From the NCBI GenBank assembly GCA_030167865.1, contig JALAGF010006007.1, positions 1 through 52,654 of the forward strand: DNA of 52,654 nucleotides, read 5' to 3'. Below the pieces are notes generated by a model that saw only the letters and a list, made by a program, of their open reading frames with translations, was not told where the DNA came from and did no database searches. Made by a program: the position numbers and the translations under genes. Of this stretch, positions 25,801 to 37,385 are shown piece by piece; position 1 is the first letter of the stretch, and each line of letters opens with the position of its first letter. The DNA comes from Craspedostauros australis. Its lineage: Eukaryota.

Positions 25801-28800
25801 GCAACAGACGGCTTATCACCAGTCCCAAACCTTCGCACAGGGCAGATGGTCTGAAGCTGTATCCTGGTGGAACCAACGATCCAACTTCGGCGCTGGTCTG
25901 GGTCTGCGTCGGCGCTCCGGTTTCTGTGGAGACGCGTGTCAGCGTTGGGACATGCGCGCGTGAGAATGCTGCATGTGCAGCGCGGCTCTTGAATTCGTCG
26001 CTCGACCTCAATCCCGAGGGTCCGTAACCGATTGCCAACAAGAGGCACATGGAGCAGCCTTCCTTGTACCCGTAGCTGGAAAAGAAGGCTGAGACGGCCG
26101 AATCGCTGGCTTCATTCACGCCTGCTGCCACCAGTGCATCTGCAAGGTTGGTCAAGATAGACGGAGTTTGGAAGAAGTGCAGTCCGTTGACATTGAGCGC
26201 CACAGTTTGGTTGTCGGGCAGGATGTGTTGCACCGCGAGCGGATTGAGCGGAACGATCGATGGACGTAGCAACCACGGACTGAGCCTGGCTGACTTTGAC
26301 TTGTTGCCCACATTTCTGGGAAGCGCTCGGCGCGAAAGCGACGCGGATGGCAGACGGGTGCTTGACTTGACTTCTCCCGCTGTGAGAGAGAAACCCTGCC
26401 AGCCTCCACGTTTGGAGATGCGGTACAACTGAGGCACCTGCGGTTGTGTCGCCCCTCCATTCACGCCATTCACGTTGACACCGTTTGCACCCCTGGCAGA
26501 ACGTCGGCCGGGCATGCCGTAGCTGAGGGGTCGTGAGAAGACTACGTTCATGACCATCTGCATCGCCGTGGATGCAATCGTCTGGCTGTCCTGTCCCACT
26601 GCGATCAGACGTTTGTCTTTGGTGCTGTCGAGCACTGCTGAGGGTTTGTTACTGCCATTGAGCCCAACACCCAAACCACGGACTCTGGCGTGATAAGGCG
26701 GCACAAGCCCGATGTTCAATTCCGAGTCTGTTGGGGTCTTCGAACGCAGGGCAAGATGCAGGATGCTTGGGTCACTCTCCGACGCTGATCCGATATCCCA
26801 AACACGGCCACCGGGGAGGACTTCCTCAAGGTTGCCGTGGGAGTTAATCGATCCATATGCTTCCGACATTGGCAACGAGATGGCCTCGCATATCCCACCT
26901 GGCGTGACAAGCTGTTCCGTCCCGCGACTCGTTGGTACCAGTGCTCGGTCGTACGATGAGCCAGAAGGCGACATGCTGTCGTCCGCGCTAGAGCTCCTTG
27001 GCTTGTTCTGTGGGATGCGTGCCACAGAGTCTGCGCACGACGTGACGATGAGATTGCCGACGATGTCCCTGTTGTCGGTGGGGACTGCTCCTGTGAAAGA
27101 TGACGAATTGGACGATTTGGTCGTTTTGAGTGCCACGACGAACACGCCCATTCGGTACCAGCTGGCATCCACGCGGGGCATGCGGTCGATGCCTGACACC
27201 ATACGAGGTGCCAGCAGACGATTCAAAACGGTGGATGGCGAGCTCGACGCTGCTTGGCCGATGTCGCTCATGCTGTGCCAGCCAAACGATTGGCTGGAGC
27301 GCGGTGTCCGGTTGGGATTATGGCTCGCAGTGTTGTTGGATGTGACCGTGGTGAGAGGTGGAGGCGCACGGATGTGACAGAAGGAGAACTTGGAATGCGG
27401 CATCATTGGATCATCTCTCGGGCGGTTCTGCGATGCGGCGAAGGAGGTTCGTTGGCGTGCGGAGAGTCCGGAGGTGACTGTTTGCGGCGTCAGTGTGCTG
27501 AGGTAGTATCGGAGACCTCCTGCCGTAACAGCCACGAGCGTGAGATGAGCAGACTCGCGGCGGGGCACGAGGTGGATGGAAACTGGCGTGAGCACGCTGC
27601 CGCCGGAGTTGGACGAATTCTTCGTCCTGACTCGTCGACGTCCGGATGCAGTCACCGAGGTAGATGCGTCGGCAAGCTTCAAGATGGTGCGTGCACCGTC
27701 CATTCCACCAACGCCAGCTTGCGCAGCAATGCCACCACCTGGGAAGGTGATGATGCCCTCGCTTTTCGTGCTGGAGAAAGATGAGTTGGACGGTGGGTAC
27801 ATGCGACCACGCGACACCGCCTCGAGGTAAAGTCTGGCTGTTTTGGGGGCATCCAGCACCGCAACGACTTTGGCTTGCGGTGGGTCCGCGAAGAGGCCGA
27901 GTCCGAGCCCGAAGCCTCCGTTCGATGCGCCGTTGGTGCCTCCGGTGGCTGACGATGCCGAACCATTTGCTTTGGAGGACCCATCGTGGTAGATATCCAA
28001 GGCGCAGATCCACCCTCTGGACGACAGGGTGTAGAGAATGTGACGTTCCTCGTCGACCACCATCTGGACGATCGGACCGCCGCCTGTCGTTGTTCCGTTG
28101 CCAACTCCGAGGATGGATCTGCCAAGCGATTGCACGAAGTCCGGAACAATGGCCGAGACGATCCCGTCCGGATTGGAGTGATTGAATTTTCTGCACTTGT
28201 TCGGTTTGCTGCTCTTGGTTGCTTTGGTGAGAACGGAGCTGATGACATCGCGTCCAGTTTGGACCATGTGACCTGCGAGGGTCCAGTGCGAACCGTTGTG
28301 ATCGATGACAACTTCAGGGCAGGATGAGTTGCTTTCATCGTAGAATTCATCAAGCTGCTTCTCAACATCTGGGTGCCGTTGGTTGCGTTGGATGTGAGTC
28401 GCCGCGGCCACGCCATCGTAGTCCATCTCGTAGACATTGCCATCTTGCCCACCGAGGAAGATGCGGCCCTGCTTGTTGCCTGCGACGGAGAGGTAGTTGA
28501 TCCAGTCGGATGGGATGACGAAGCGGGTTGGAACCAGTTTGAGCGGCGCGTAAGTTGGCGTGGTTGCGCGTGATGCCATGGGCGTTCCCATGGGGTTGGC
28601 GATGGCGCCGGTGACGGGCTGCACCGGTGGGCGTGCGAGTGCGCACAGGTATGCTTGTTCGGATGTGGTGACGATCAAACACCATTCAACCACGTTTTTG
28701 AAAACTCCTGCGGATGGTATTGATATTGATGTCATTGATGCCATTGGTGTCATATGTTCAGTGCACCATGGACAATGCATGTAGAGCAGTAGGGGCCAAA

Positions 28801-29703
28801 GCAAGAAGCATGCAGTTAGTATTTCGATGGAGTGTATCGTAGGGTGACAAGGAGGGAGAGCTGCGGAAGCAGTCATATTCTCGTATGCCAGCTGCATCTT
28901 TGAGGCCGGAAGGAAGCCGACGTGCGCTGTCTCTATTCGACCATGTGTGATGGCTGTATGGATGTGACAGCTGCATGAATGGATCATCCTACCATGGGCA
29001 AGCGCAGCAACAAGAGAGACGGAGACAGTGACAGAGAGAGCAATACGAACGTACCTGGCTTCGGTGGGGCAATGCCAACAGAAATGATGGGTCTTTTGGT
29101 GGGCACGGAGAAGGACAGGATGTCCTGGTTGTTGGTCGGGTCCATGACACGGTGCGAGATGTTCCAGAGAAAGAGTTTGTCATCAACAGCCAGCCAGCCC
29201 AGCTTGGCCTCTGGGAAGAGCCCCATGTACATCGACTTCTGCACGGATCTCATCTGCTGGATGAGGACTGGCGGGAGCTGGATGGAGCGCTCGTGCTTCA
29301 TCTGCGCCGACGTCGGTGCTGCCTTTCTCGGCACGATGGCGGACGAAGAGAAGGAGAATGCGGATGAGGCCGCTGGGGAGGTGAAACCCATGCCATTGAT
29401 ACCGTTGATGCCGTTGCCTGTTGGTGTTGTTGGCATCCCATCAGCAGCGCCGTCGCCATTGGCATTGGCCGGAGGTGCATGAGGCGCAATGTAGCAGTGG
29501 GATGATGGCTCCTGATTGCCCCCGTTGCCACCGATCGACGCTGAAGAGCTGCTGCTGATGCGGCGGTAGAGATCGGCGTCCGGCGCTGTCTCGTCCTCTC
29601 GCAATGCCAGAAGGATCTTCCGGCCAGCAAACTGGAGAGGACCAAAGTCGTCCTTCCAGAAAGATGCCAACGAGGTTGACATGGATGCGCTGCCTCCGCT
29701 CAT
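22877..29703 (-). CDS. NUP155: Nucleoporin Nup155/Nup170, three exons
   Basis: Exons 29703-29055, 28707-23614 and 23280-22877 have canonical GT-AG sites and compatible phases. Motifs MGLFPEAKLGWLAVDDKLFLWN, PKPG|VF, GRIFLGGQDGNVYEMDY, KCRKFNHS, HLTLVAVTAGGLRYYL, DLLWNYY and LNSRIEYLVRA. Confidence 0.95.
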
Positions 29704-30778
29704 GTTTCAGTTTTTGAAGCACTTTGCTGCTGTTCGTGTCCGTGTGTGTCTGTGCTTATCCTTGCGCTTGTGGTTGCGCTTGTGCTTCTGATAGTGTGTG
29801 TGTGTGTGTTTGGCTTCACGTTTGAGTTTGTGTGTCTCTTGTGAAGGTGTTTGACGACAACCTCAAATGTCGGCACGAAATCAATGGCGCAGCAAGATCG
29901 ACTTGGATTGGATCTCTGTCGGCAAAGAGAGAGAGAGCCCAAACCACAGATGTTGTTGTTGTGACCCAACTAGCGCACCAATGCAGTGACACGGAGACTG
30001 CCGGTCCTTGTCAAAGATCTGAGGAAGATCTGGACAGCTACTTGTGTGGTTCGTGCCCTTTGGTTGGTTGGTCAGTTGGTCGTTGCTGTCTGGAGTGCTT
30101 TTTTGAAGCCTCACCAACTGCCTTGTGTCGGTTCGTGTGATGATTTGTCTCTTTGCCTCAGTCTTCGGCAACCTCGACATTGGTTTCTTGGCTCTTCGCC
30201 TCGTGGATTTTGATCTGGTTTGGTTTGATTTGATTTGGTCTGTCCTTGTCGCTCTGTCTGTCTCTCGTGTCTTGTTTGATCGGCGCCTCGTTGTTGGTTG
30301 ATTGCTGTTGTTTTTCGTCTCTTCGCTTTCTTGGTGACGACGTGGTTGTTGTTGGCATCTCGGTTGTTACCGATTCTACACGGTCGAGTGGTGAGCGAAT
30401 GTGGTCTGGCAGTATGTCCGTCAAGGCACATTGATTTCCGACGGTACTATATGGTATCATTGAACATGCGATATGTGTTTCATAGTATCCATTTGTGGAC
30501 AGAACCATGTTCTCATTTTCTTCTTCTGCGCATCATGGGTGGCGACTCTCCCTCACTCTCTCTCACACCCTCTCTGCTTGTTTGCAGGAAAGATCTGGGG
30601 ACGCATCAAGCCAATGATGCCGCCGCCATCGACCCATGGCTCCACCAGCACGCAGGAAGTGACTCGGCAAGCGTATTTGCATTGATGGAGCAGATCGTAC
30701 CTCAAGTCTTCTGTTCTGCCATCTCTCTCTCTCTCTCTCTCCGACGCAGTCGCTTTCTCGCTCTCTGTGCAAAGGACC

Positions 30779-32089
30779 ATGCAACTGCACAGCTTGATTT
30801 TGAGCCGATCATCCTTCATCGGATCGCTGATCGTTTCCGCGACGACCAACACGCTGACGGTCACAACTCATAATCATCCTGATAACCCAGCAACGTCAGC
30901 TCCACCTCCGCGATGGTGGTCACACTCACGAGCACAATCATCGCCACCGTCACCATTTGGAACAACGCAGATAATAGCGACATCACAAGATAGCAATCCG
31001 CCAGATCTACCAACAGCCAGCGATGCCAAATTTCAGGATCGATCCTTTTCCGAATTCGCGACGTGGTTCCGATCATCCATCCATGATCAAATTGTGCAAA
31101 GCGCAATGTCCATCAACATCAAGGATGACAGCGCCATGCTCCCTCCAACTCAGACAGGAAATTTGGCCGGGCCGTTGATCCGGTTGGCATTTCACGATGC
31201 CACGACCTTTGAACCGGCAACGAGACCCGATTCTGGTGCGACGGGTGGTGCGAATGGCTCCATCCAGTACGAGTTGGGATGGAGTGAGAATCGTGGTCTC
31301 TCGCGTCCATTGCGAGTGGTTCAGGCCACGCTGGACAAATGGAAACAACTGTGTCGCAGCAATGGAAGTGATCGCATGATCATGTCTCCCGATGATTCGG
31401 CAACGACTTCGTTGGCTGACGCAATTGCCTTGGCCGGTGCTCAGGCCGTGGAATCTGCCGGTGGTCCCCACATTCCAATTCGGCTGGGGAGGTTTGATGG
31501 CCACGGCCCGGATCCCAAAGAGTTGCGCCGGTCCATGCAGATGCGGACTGATCGGTCCCTGGTCACGACCACCATGCCATCGGCGGGCCTGGATTCGGAT
31601 GGGCTGCGGTTGTACTTCGGAAGGCGGATGGGATTGTCCGAGATGGAATGGATCGCTCTGTGCGGTATACATGGTCTGGGGCGTCATGTGAGCTTGCTGG
31701 GGATGACCAAACCGTGCTTGCGGAATCTGACGCGCGCATGTTTGGAAGATGCGCCTGTGCTGTTGCCATTTGTCACGAGCGGTGTGGATCGATTCGACAA
31801 TTCATATTTTCAGTTCCTGTTGCTTTGGCACGCGCGCGAGATAGAGCTAGGGCAAGCCGCGTTCATCCCCACCGATGTGGCATTGGTGGTGGATCCAGAC
31901 TTGCGACGCAAGGTTCAGATGTTTGCAAAAGATGATGAGTTGTACCGGCGAGTGTTTGCGAAAGCTTACCGAAAGCTGGTGGAGAACAGTGGCACTGATT
32001 GTGCTGATTCTGCCAGCAGCGATAGACGTTTGAGTGCCCTGCTTTCTCCAACATCAGCAGGCGCGTCGCTCTCTCGTAAAGCGTACTGA
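30779..32089 (+). CDS. Class I heme peroxidase, ascorbate peroxidase-related (APX-R-like)
   Basis: LIRLAFHDATTF (distal R/H), GGANGSIQYEL, ENRGL, SLADAIALAGAQAVESAGGPHIPIRLGRFD, proximal GIHGLG, FDNSYF and PTDVALV. Confidence 0.9.
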   Translation: MQLHSLILSRSSFIGSLIVSATTNTLTVTTHNHPDNPATSAPPPRWWSHSRAQSSPPSPFGTTQIIATSQDSNPPDLPTASDAKFQDRSFSEFATWFRSSIHDQIVQSAMSINIKDDSAMLPPTQTGNLAGPLIRLAFHDATTFEPATRPDSGATGGANGSIQYELGWSENRGLSRPLRVVQATLDKWKQLCRSNGSDRMIMSPDDSATTSLADAIALAGAQAVESAGGPHIPIRLGRFDGHGPDPKELRRSMQMRTDRSLVTTTMPSAGLDSDGLRLYFGRRMGLSEMEWIALCGIHGLGRHVSLLGMTKPCLRNLTRACLEDAPVLLPFVTSGVDRFDNSYFQFLLLWHAREIELGQAAFIPTDVALVVDPDLRRKVQMFAKDDELYRRVFAKAYRKLVENSGTDCADSASSDRRLSALLSPTSAGASLSRKAY

Positions 32090-32230
32090 AGTTGTGACAG
32101 ATCAATGCTGCTTGCTATTTGGTTAGTGACAAATGCCAGAAGAATAAATGCATGCAAGCATTTTCTCTACAGAAACACAAGATGATGCTTGGCTTAAACA
32201 ACAGTACACACACTCTGTCTCTCTCTAGAC

Positions 32231-32253
32231 AGAGAGAGAGAGAGAGAGAGAGA
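32231..32253. repeat. (GA)n microsatellite
   Basis: Read directly from the sequence. Confidence 0.9.
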
Positions 32254-32390
32254 GGAGAGTTGAACAATCAAATCAAATAAACCAAGACGATGCAGCATAC
32301 GTTGCTCCTACATGTTACAGAGGTGTACCAAACGAGCACAAGTGTGCTCTCTCTATAGTAGAGACCATCCTGGTGTATTTGATCTGAATG

Positions 32391-33515
32391 TTACCGAATG
32401 TACTGCGCCCATTGCGACAGGACTCCCTTGGAGACGTACGACACAAAGTCATCCGGCAGCGATATCGATGGAGCGCTGGCATCCCACAGATTCCACGGCG
32501 TCGGCAGGACGTGGGAATGGCGGACTGGCAAGCCGGTGTCATCGCACTCCTTGATGACGACGCGCCTTGAGGGTTCCTCCATGAAGGCCAGATCCAATGG
32601 CACGATACCATCCCCGCGCACATCGTCGCCGATCTTTCCCAACAGCGGCAGATAGGAGGTGACGGCCACGATCTCTTCTACGTTGGTCGTGAGGAAGCTG
32701 CCGCCCAACCCGGAGCTGCAGACGCACGTGACGTCGATGCCACGATCTTGGAGGCTCTGCGACGAGCAGGATGGCGATTCCGCGATCTCCCGCAGCAAAC
32801 CCCTGGTCTGGTCCACGAGAGCTGATTCGGGCGAGACGTGCGGCGTTCCCAGGGTGATGAGCGAGGTGCATTGCTCCTGCGCAAGTCCATGCACGGCCGT
32901 GCGACGACCGCTGATGCCGCCGAGATAGGAACGCGCCACCCAGCCACCAATGGAATGACCGATGAAGCAGAGCTTGACGTCGGGACCTTGGTTGGCAAAG
33001 ACCTCCGCCACAGCATCCTCGATGGCCGCGAAGTACCAATCCAGGGTGGATTGAATTGGCAATCTGGCCTCCAAGAATTCCTGGGTGGGCAACTTCTTGG
33101 CGACCTTGATCCATTCTGTTCTCGGGAGGTTGGGAACGATGCACTGTGCGATCTCCACGTTGGATGAGGCTCCTGATGACGACGAAGATGATGATTGCTG
33201 CATTTCTTCCTTCAGATTTTCAAAGAGCACCTCGTAATCTTTCGGAACGCAGAATTGTGCAGGGCACACGATGAGTGCGACCTTGGTGGTGGTGTCGCCA
33301 GCAGGTTGTTTGGAAGGCGACCCGCTTGCATCTGCCACAGTCGCCCCGTTGGGCTCTTCGGCCGACGCCGACGTGGACGAGAGGCGCGTGGCATCATATC
33401 GTGGCGCAGAGAAGGCCGATTCGGGCGACGTTGCTTTCTGTGGAATTGCACTGAATGCCGCGACCGACGATCCAAATAGACACACGAGAAAGGCGGTGGC
33501 TGTCGGTAGTTTCAT
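32391..33515 (-). CDS. PGAP1-like/lipase alpha-beta hydrolase, likely plastid-targeted
   Basis: GHSIGG nucleophile elbow, SLITLGTPH, GDGIVP and RHSH. The N-terminus MKLPTATAFLVCLFGSSVAA-F is a bipartite signal. Confidence 0.85.
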   Translation of the reverse strand: MKLPTATAFLVCLFGSSVAAFSAIPQKATSPESAFSAPRYDATRLSSTSASAEEPNGATVADASGSPSKQPAGDTTTKVALIVCPAQFCVPKDYEVLFENLKEEMQQSSSSSSSGASSNVEIAQCIVPNLPRTEWIKVAKKLPTQEFLEARLPIQSTLDWYFAAIEDAVAEVFANQGPDVKLCFIGHSIGGWVARSYLGGISGRRTAVHGLAQEQCTSLITLGTPHVSPESALVDQTRGLLREIAESPSCSSQSLQDRGIDVTCVCSSGLGGSFLTTNVEEIVAVTSYLPLLGKIGDDVRGDGIVPLDLAFMEEPSRRVVIKECDDTGLPVRHSHVLPTPWNLWDASAPSISLPDDFVSYVSKGVLSQWAQYIR

Positions 33516-34425
33516 TGTGGCAGTGGTGGTGTTGGTATGCAAACAGTAGAGTACTCTTGATCTTCGAATCTTTCAACTGCACGTATATCTGTGCCTGCGT
33601 CTGTGCCTGCGCCTGTGTCTGTGCATGCGTGTATTCGTATTTTAATAGAGTATTCTATTAGATTAGAGTATAGTATTGCTGCACTCGCTGTGGTGTGGAT
33701 TACGAGTGCGGCAGAACGAACGGCGCCATCATCGGCATCTCCATGGTCGTTTGCATCGCTGCCATCATTTTTGTGCAGCGATGAACAAACACATCGTGGA
33801 GTACACGTACTCGTACAACGTGGGAATTGTGAACGTGTGGAAGTCGTGCGTGGTTCGTTGGATGCCGCGTTTTCTTCCGGGACTGATGTCGTTCCTGACT
33901 GACGTGAGCCTTTCATCATTCAATCACGAATATGACACAGATATTGACTGCATATGATTGGTTATTGTACGTCATCTGACGACCGACCATGACAACCAAT
34001 CCGTGAAGCCTTTCCGCATCACCACGAAATGTCCGCGTCATCTGTTGCTGTCGTTGCCATTGATGTGACTTGCTTGCTAACAGTTCGTGAAATTTGCGTT
34101 GTTGAAGAGACGTGAGCGTGGGAATCGGTTTCTTTGCGGGGGAGATTAGGCAGAAAATGCACCACTGAAAGCGCAAAAGATGAGAAACAGATCAAGGCTA
34201 TCATCGTCATCGCAGGTTCAACAGGTTCAACAGATTCAACATCCTCCGTTCAAGTAAGCATTCGCAGTTGCTCATCTCCTCGCCGTTCCACAATCCAGCC
34301 TTCTCAGTTCTCCCATCGAGACGAGTGCTGCCAACAATCGCTGTTCCCAAGGATTGCACGAATCCATCACCGCTATTACCACTCTCGTCTCATTCTACCT
34401 TCGCTTCTTCCAACGCCGATCGATC

Positions 34426-36288
34426 ATGAAGCTCACCGTGATCTCCGCCTTGCTGCTGGCCCAGAGCTGCGTGGCATTCAACACCCCGTCGCAGATAGCG
34501 GCGACGACACACCAGCGCTCACAGCAGCAGCAGCACCTGGGACCGCAAGCGAGAGTGCAAAAGAGACCATCGCTGGCAGATGCCGCCCATTTTCTGGTCT
34601 CCGCATCCACATGCCTCCATTCGACAGCCGCGACAGCGTCAGGCGATGATGGGTCCAAGACGGAGGAGGGCGTAACAGAGACCAAGCCGCTCAAGAATGC
34701 TGGCAAGACCCTCGCTGACCTGCGACAGGAGGGTGGCATGTTCACCATCAGCACGCCAATCGGGGCCCTCAACCCGTTCGCCATCTACTACGGATTCATG
34801 TCCGTCTTCCTCGGCATCCCGTGGTTCATCTCCCTCAAGTGGTGCCAATTCATGTACTTCATCACGCGCAGCAAGTTTGATGCCAAGGTGCGTAAACCCC
34901 AACCAATTCTGTGCACTTCCATGCAATGTCATGTACTGTCGTGCGCTTTCATGTGCAATCGCATAACATACAATGCTGCACGATGCAATGCGGTGCACTA
35001 CGTCACATTGCACGGGTCGTTGCCGCTGGAATCAGCGGAACAATTGCAATCAACTGGTCGGACTCTCCATCCTACTTTTGTGCTGGGCATGAAGATTCGA
35101 ACACAAACACAAACGGATGCATCCACGGAAAGAGACAGGCAGAGCGCTCGCACCGCCCTCTCACCTATCAAGAGACAGCTGCCAGACCTCTTGTGCACAT
35201 CCTGTTCTCGTTGTGCGTTTCGGGTTGTGGATTTGCGTTCTTGATGAATAGTCGTACGGCATGACAAGAACCCTCTCGGCTGTCGTCATTTTCCACCACA
35301 GAAACGGTGGATTTCCTTTCTCACATACTGCCATCAATCACACTCGTGCTTCTCCTCATCGTCTCTCTTCGTCAACTTCGTCACGATTATTTGCCGCCCT
35401 GCCATGCACTCCAACACCGGACACTATCAACTGCTGCCACAGAGACGATTGCCCGTGTTCTTCAGCCATGTGTGGGGAACGGCTCTCATGCGCCTTTCTA
35501 GGTCGTACCCCGAGATGGAGAACTTGCACATCCTGCAAGACCTCTACGCCAAAAAGCAACCAGCCATGTTCGTTGCCAATCACAATTCCTGGATGGACAT
35601 TCCCTTCCTGGGTGCCACCGTGGGATGGCGCAATTACAAACTCGTGGCCAAGAAGGAGCTCTCCATCATCCCAATCCTCGGTTCTGCCATCAAGGCTGGT
35701 GGCAACATCATGATCGACCGAACCAACCGACGATCGCAGCTCAAGACCCTCAAGGATGGAATCGCTTACCTCAAGGTGCGTATTGGTGCCCTGCATGCGT
35801 TTGTGCATGCTGTTGAAGATTGAGAAACTTCGTGATTCATGAATTCATGTATCCATGCATTCATTGATATCTGTCATCACCTCATCAAAATCATGCAATC
35901 CTGTTTTGTGTTCTTCGTTCTGTGCATCTCACTCGTTCTCGCAATTCCTTGTATCTATCGCTTGCAGGAGGGCATTCATCTCTGCACCTTCCCCGAGGGA
36001 ACTCGATCCAAGAGCGGGCGCCTCCTGCCCTTCAAAAACGGAGCCTTCAAGATGGCCTACAAGGCCGGCGCTCCGGTCGTGCCCATCTCCATCGTCAACT
36101 CCGGCAAGGTCATGCCACCAGGTTGGATGTTCGCCATGCGTCCGAGCTACAAGAATGCCAAGATCATTGTCCACGAACCAGTCGAGACGGAGGGCAGGAC
36201 CGAGGAGGAAGTCGCCGCTGAAGTGCGAAGGCGCATGATCGAAGGACTTCCGGACTACCAGCGACCGCTTGAGCAGGATACTGCGTAG
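34426..36288 (+). CDS. Plastid 1-acyl-sn-glycerol-3-phosphate acyltransferase (LPAAT, PlsC/ATS2 family), three exons
   Basis: Exons 34426-34887, 35443-35775 and 35968-36288. Motifs NHNSWMD (HX4D), IDR, FPEGTRS and FKNGAFKMA. Signal peptide MKLTVISALLLAQSCVA-F. Confidence 0.93.
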
Positions 36289-36830
36289 GAGTAGAGTGAA
36301 GTATGCACGACTTTGCTCAAGCTTGGAAGTACGAGTACGGACGACCTGGTCTGGAGTACCAGGATGGGACATCGCATCATGGCAGACAATGATTGTGCTC
36401 TTCGTTGTGGAAGCATCATGGAGCTACTAATAGCTAGAGAGAGAGCGAGAGTATCCCAAACCATGACATGCCACTTTTCCGCGAGCAGTAGAAAGTAAGA
36501 ATAGGGTTCTCTCCACGGTATCGTACGAGTACGGAAGAGATTTGACCCTCTCCGAGTATCAGTATGCACCACGCTTCCAGCAATGGCGAGAGTGTGTTGA
36601 GCATTACGCTTTGTATCCCTCGGTGATTTGTGATTATCCCGAATTTCGACGTTGGGTTCTCCGAACCGTCATGGTGCGGTGATGTTGTTTCGCTGACCAA
36701 TCATCGACCCAAAGACAACAAACGAATCAGCAAAGACACACGAACAGCATTGATCGTTTGCGCTGATGCCGATGCCGATGATGTCTTTGTCCTCATACGT
36801 TTCCTTTTCGACGTCCAGCCCATTTGCAAC

Positions 36831-37246
36831 CAGCATCAACATCGAGAATGGCGACTGTCAAGTCACCACCATCAACGTCCATCGCAATAATCGTGTCCTC
36901 GCTGGCCACTGTCGCAGTCATCCATCTCAGTTATTATACTTGCTCTGTGTCGATCAGCTCAAACCAAAGAAGGATGAACCAACGCGCGTACTCGTCGTGT
37001 TGCGCGAGCACACCAGCGCCAGTGTCAACTGATCATCATCATCATCATGCTGATGAGAGCCATTGCCGTCAAGCGCGGCAACCAAAGACGATGCGGAAGC
37101 GATCGGTTTCAACGAGGGTCCGGTGCTCGACGAATCGTACAAGCTGCCGGAGTGAAGGTGAAGCGGAGGGTTCTGAGGAACGAAGGCGCCGCTGTGTTGC
37201 AGGAGTATGGCAAGGTCGGAAAGATCTGCAATGCATCGTAGGGACG
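36831..37246 (+). pseudogene. Inverted, internally deleted copy of the deaminase gene at 17398-18470
   Basis: Matches the parent's 5' UTR, exon 1 and intron start, then jumps to its last ~180 bp. It has a frameshift, a donor changed from GT to GC, and no catalytic core. Confidence 0.93.
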
Positions 37247-37385
37247 CATGTACTGGGACGTCCATTTGTATGTAATAGTAATTTGAAAAAGCGCGAGGGC
37301 ATGAAATAGATGGCTGATCTGTGAGAGTGCTTGTGCTGATCTAGTCCACTCTGGAGGACTCTCGAGTAATTGGTTTCTGCGACTG

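Noticed and set aside
28708..28987. Start of the 1808-aa ORF as listed in the ORF track
   Set aside because: It lies inside Nup155 intron 1; the true N-terminus is exon 29703-29055.
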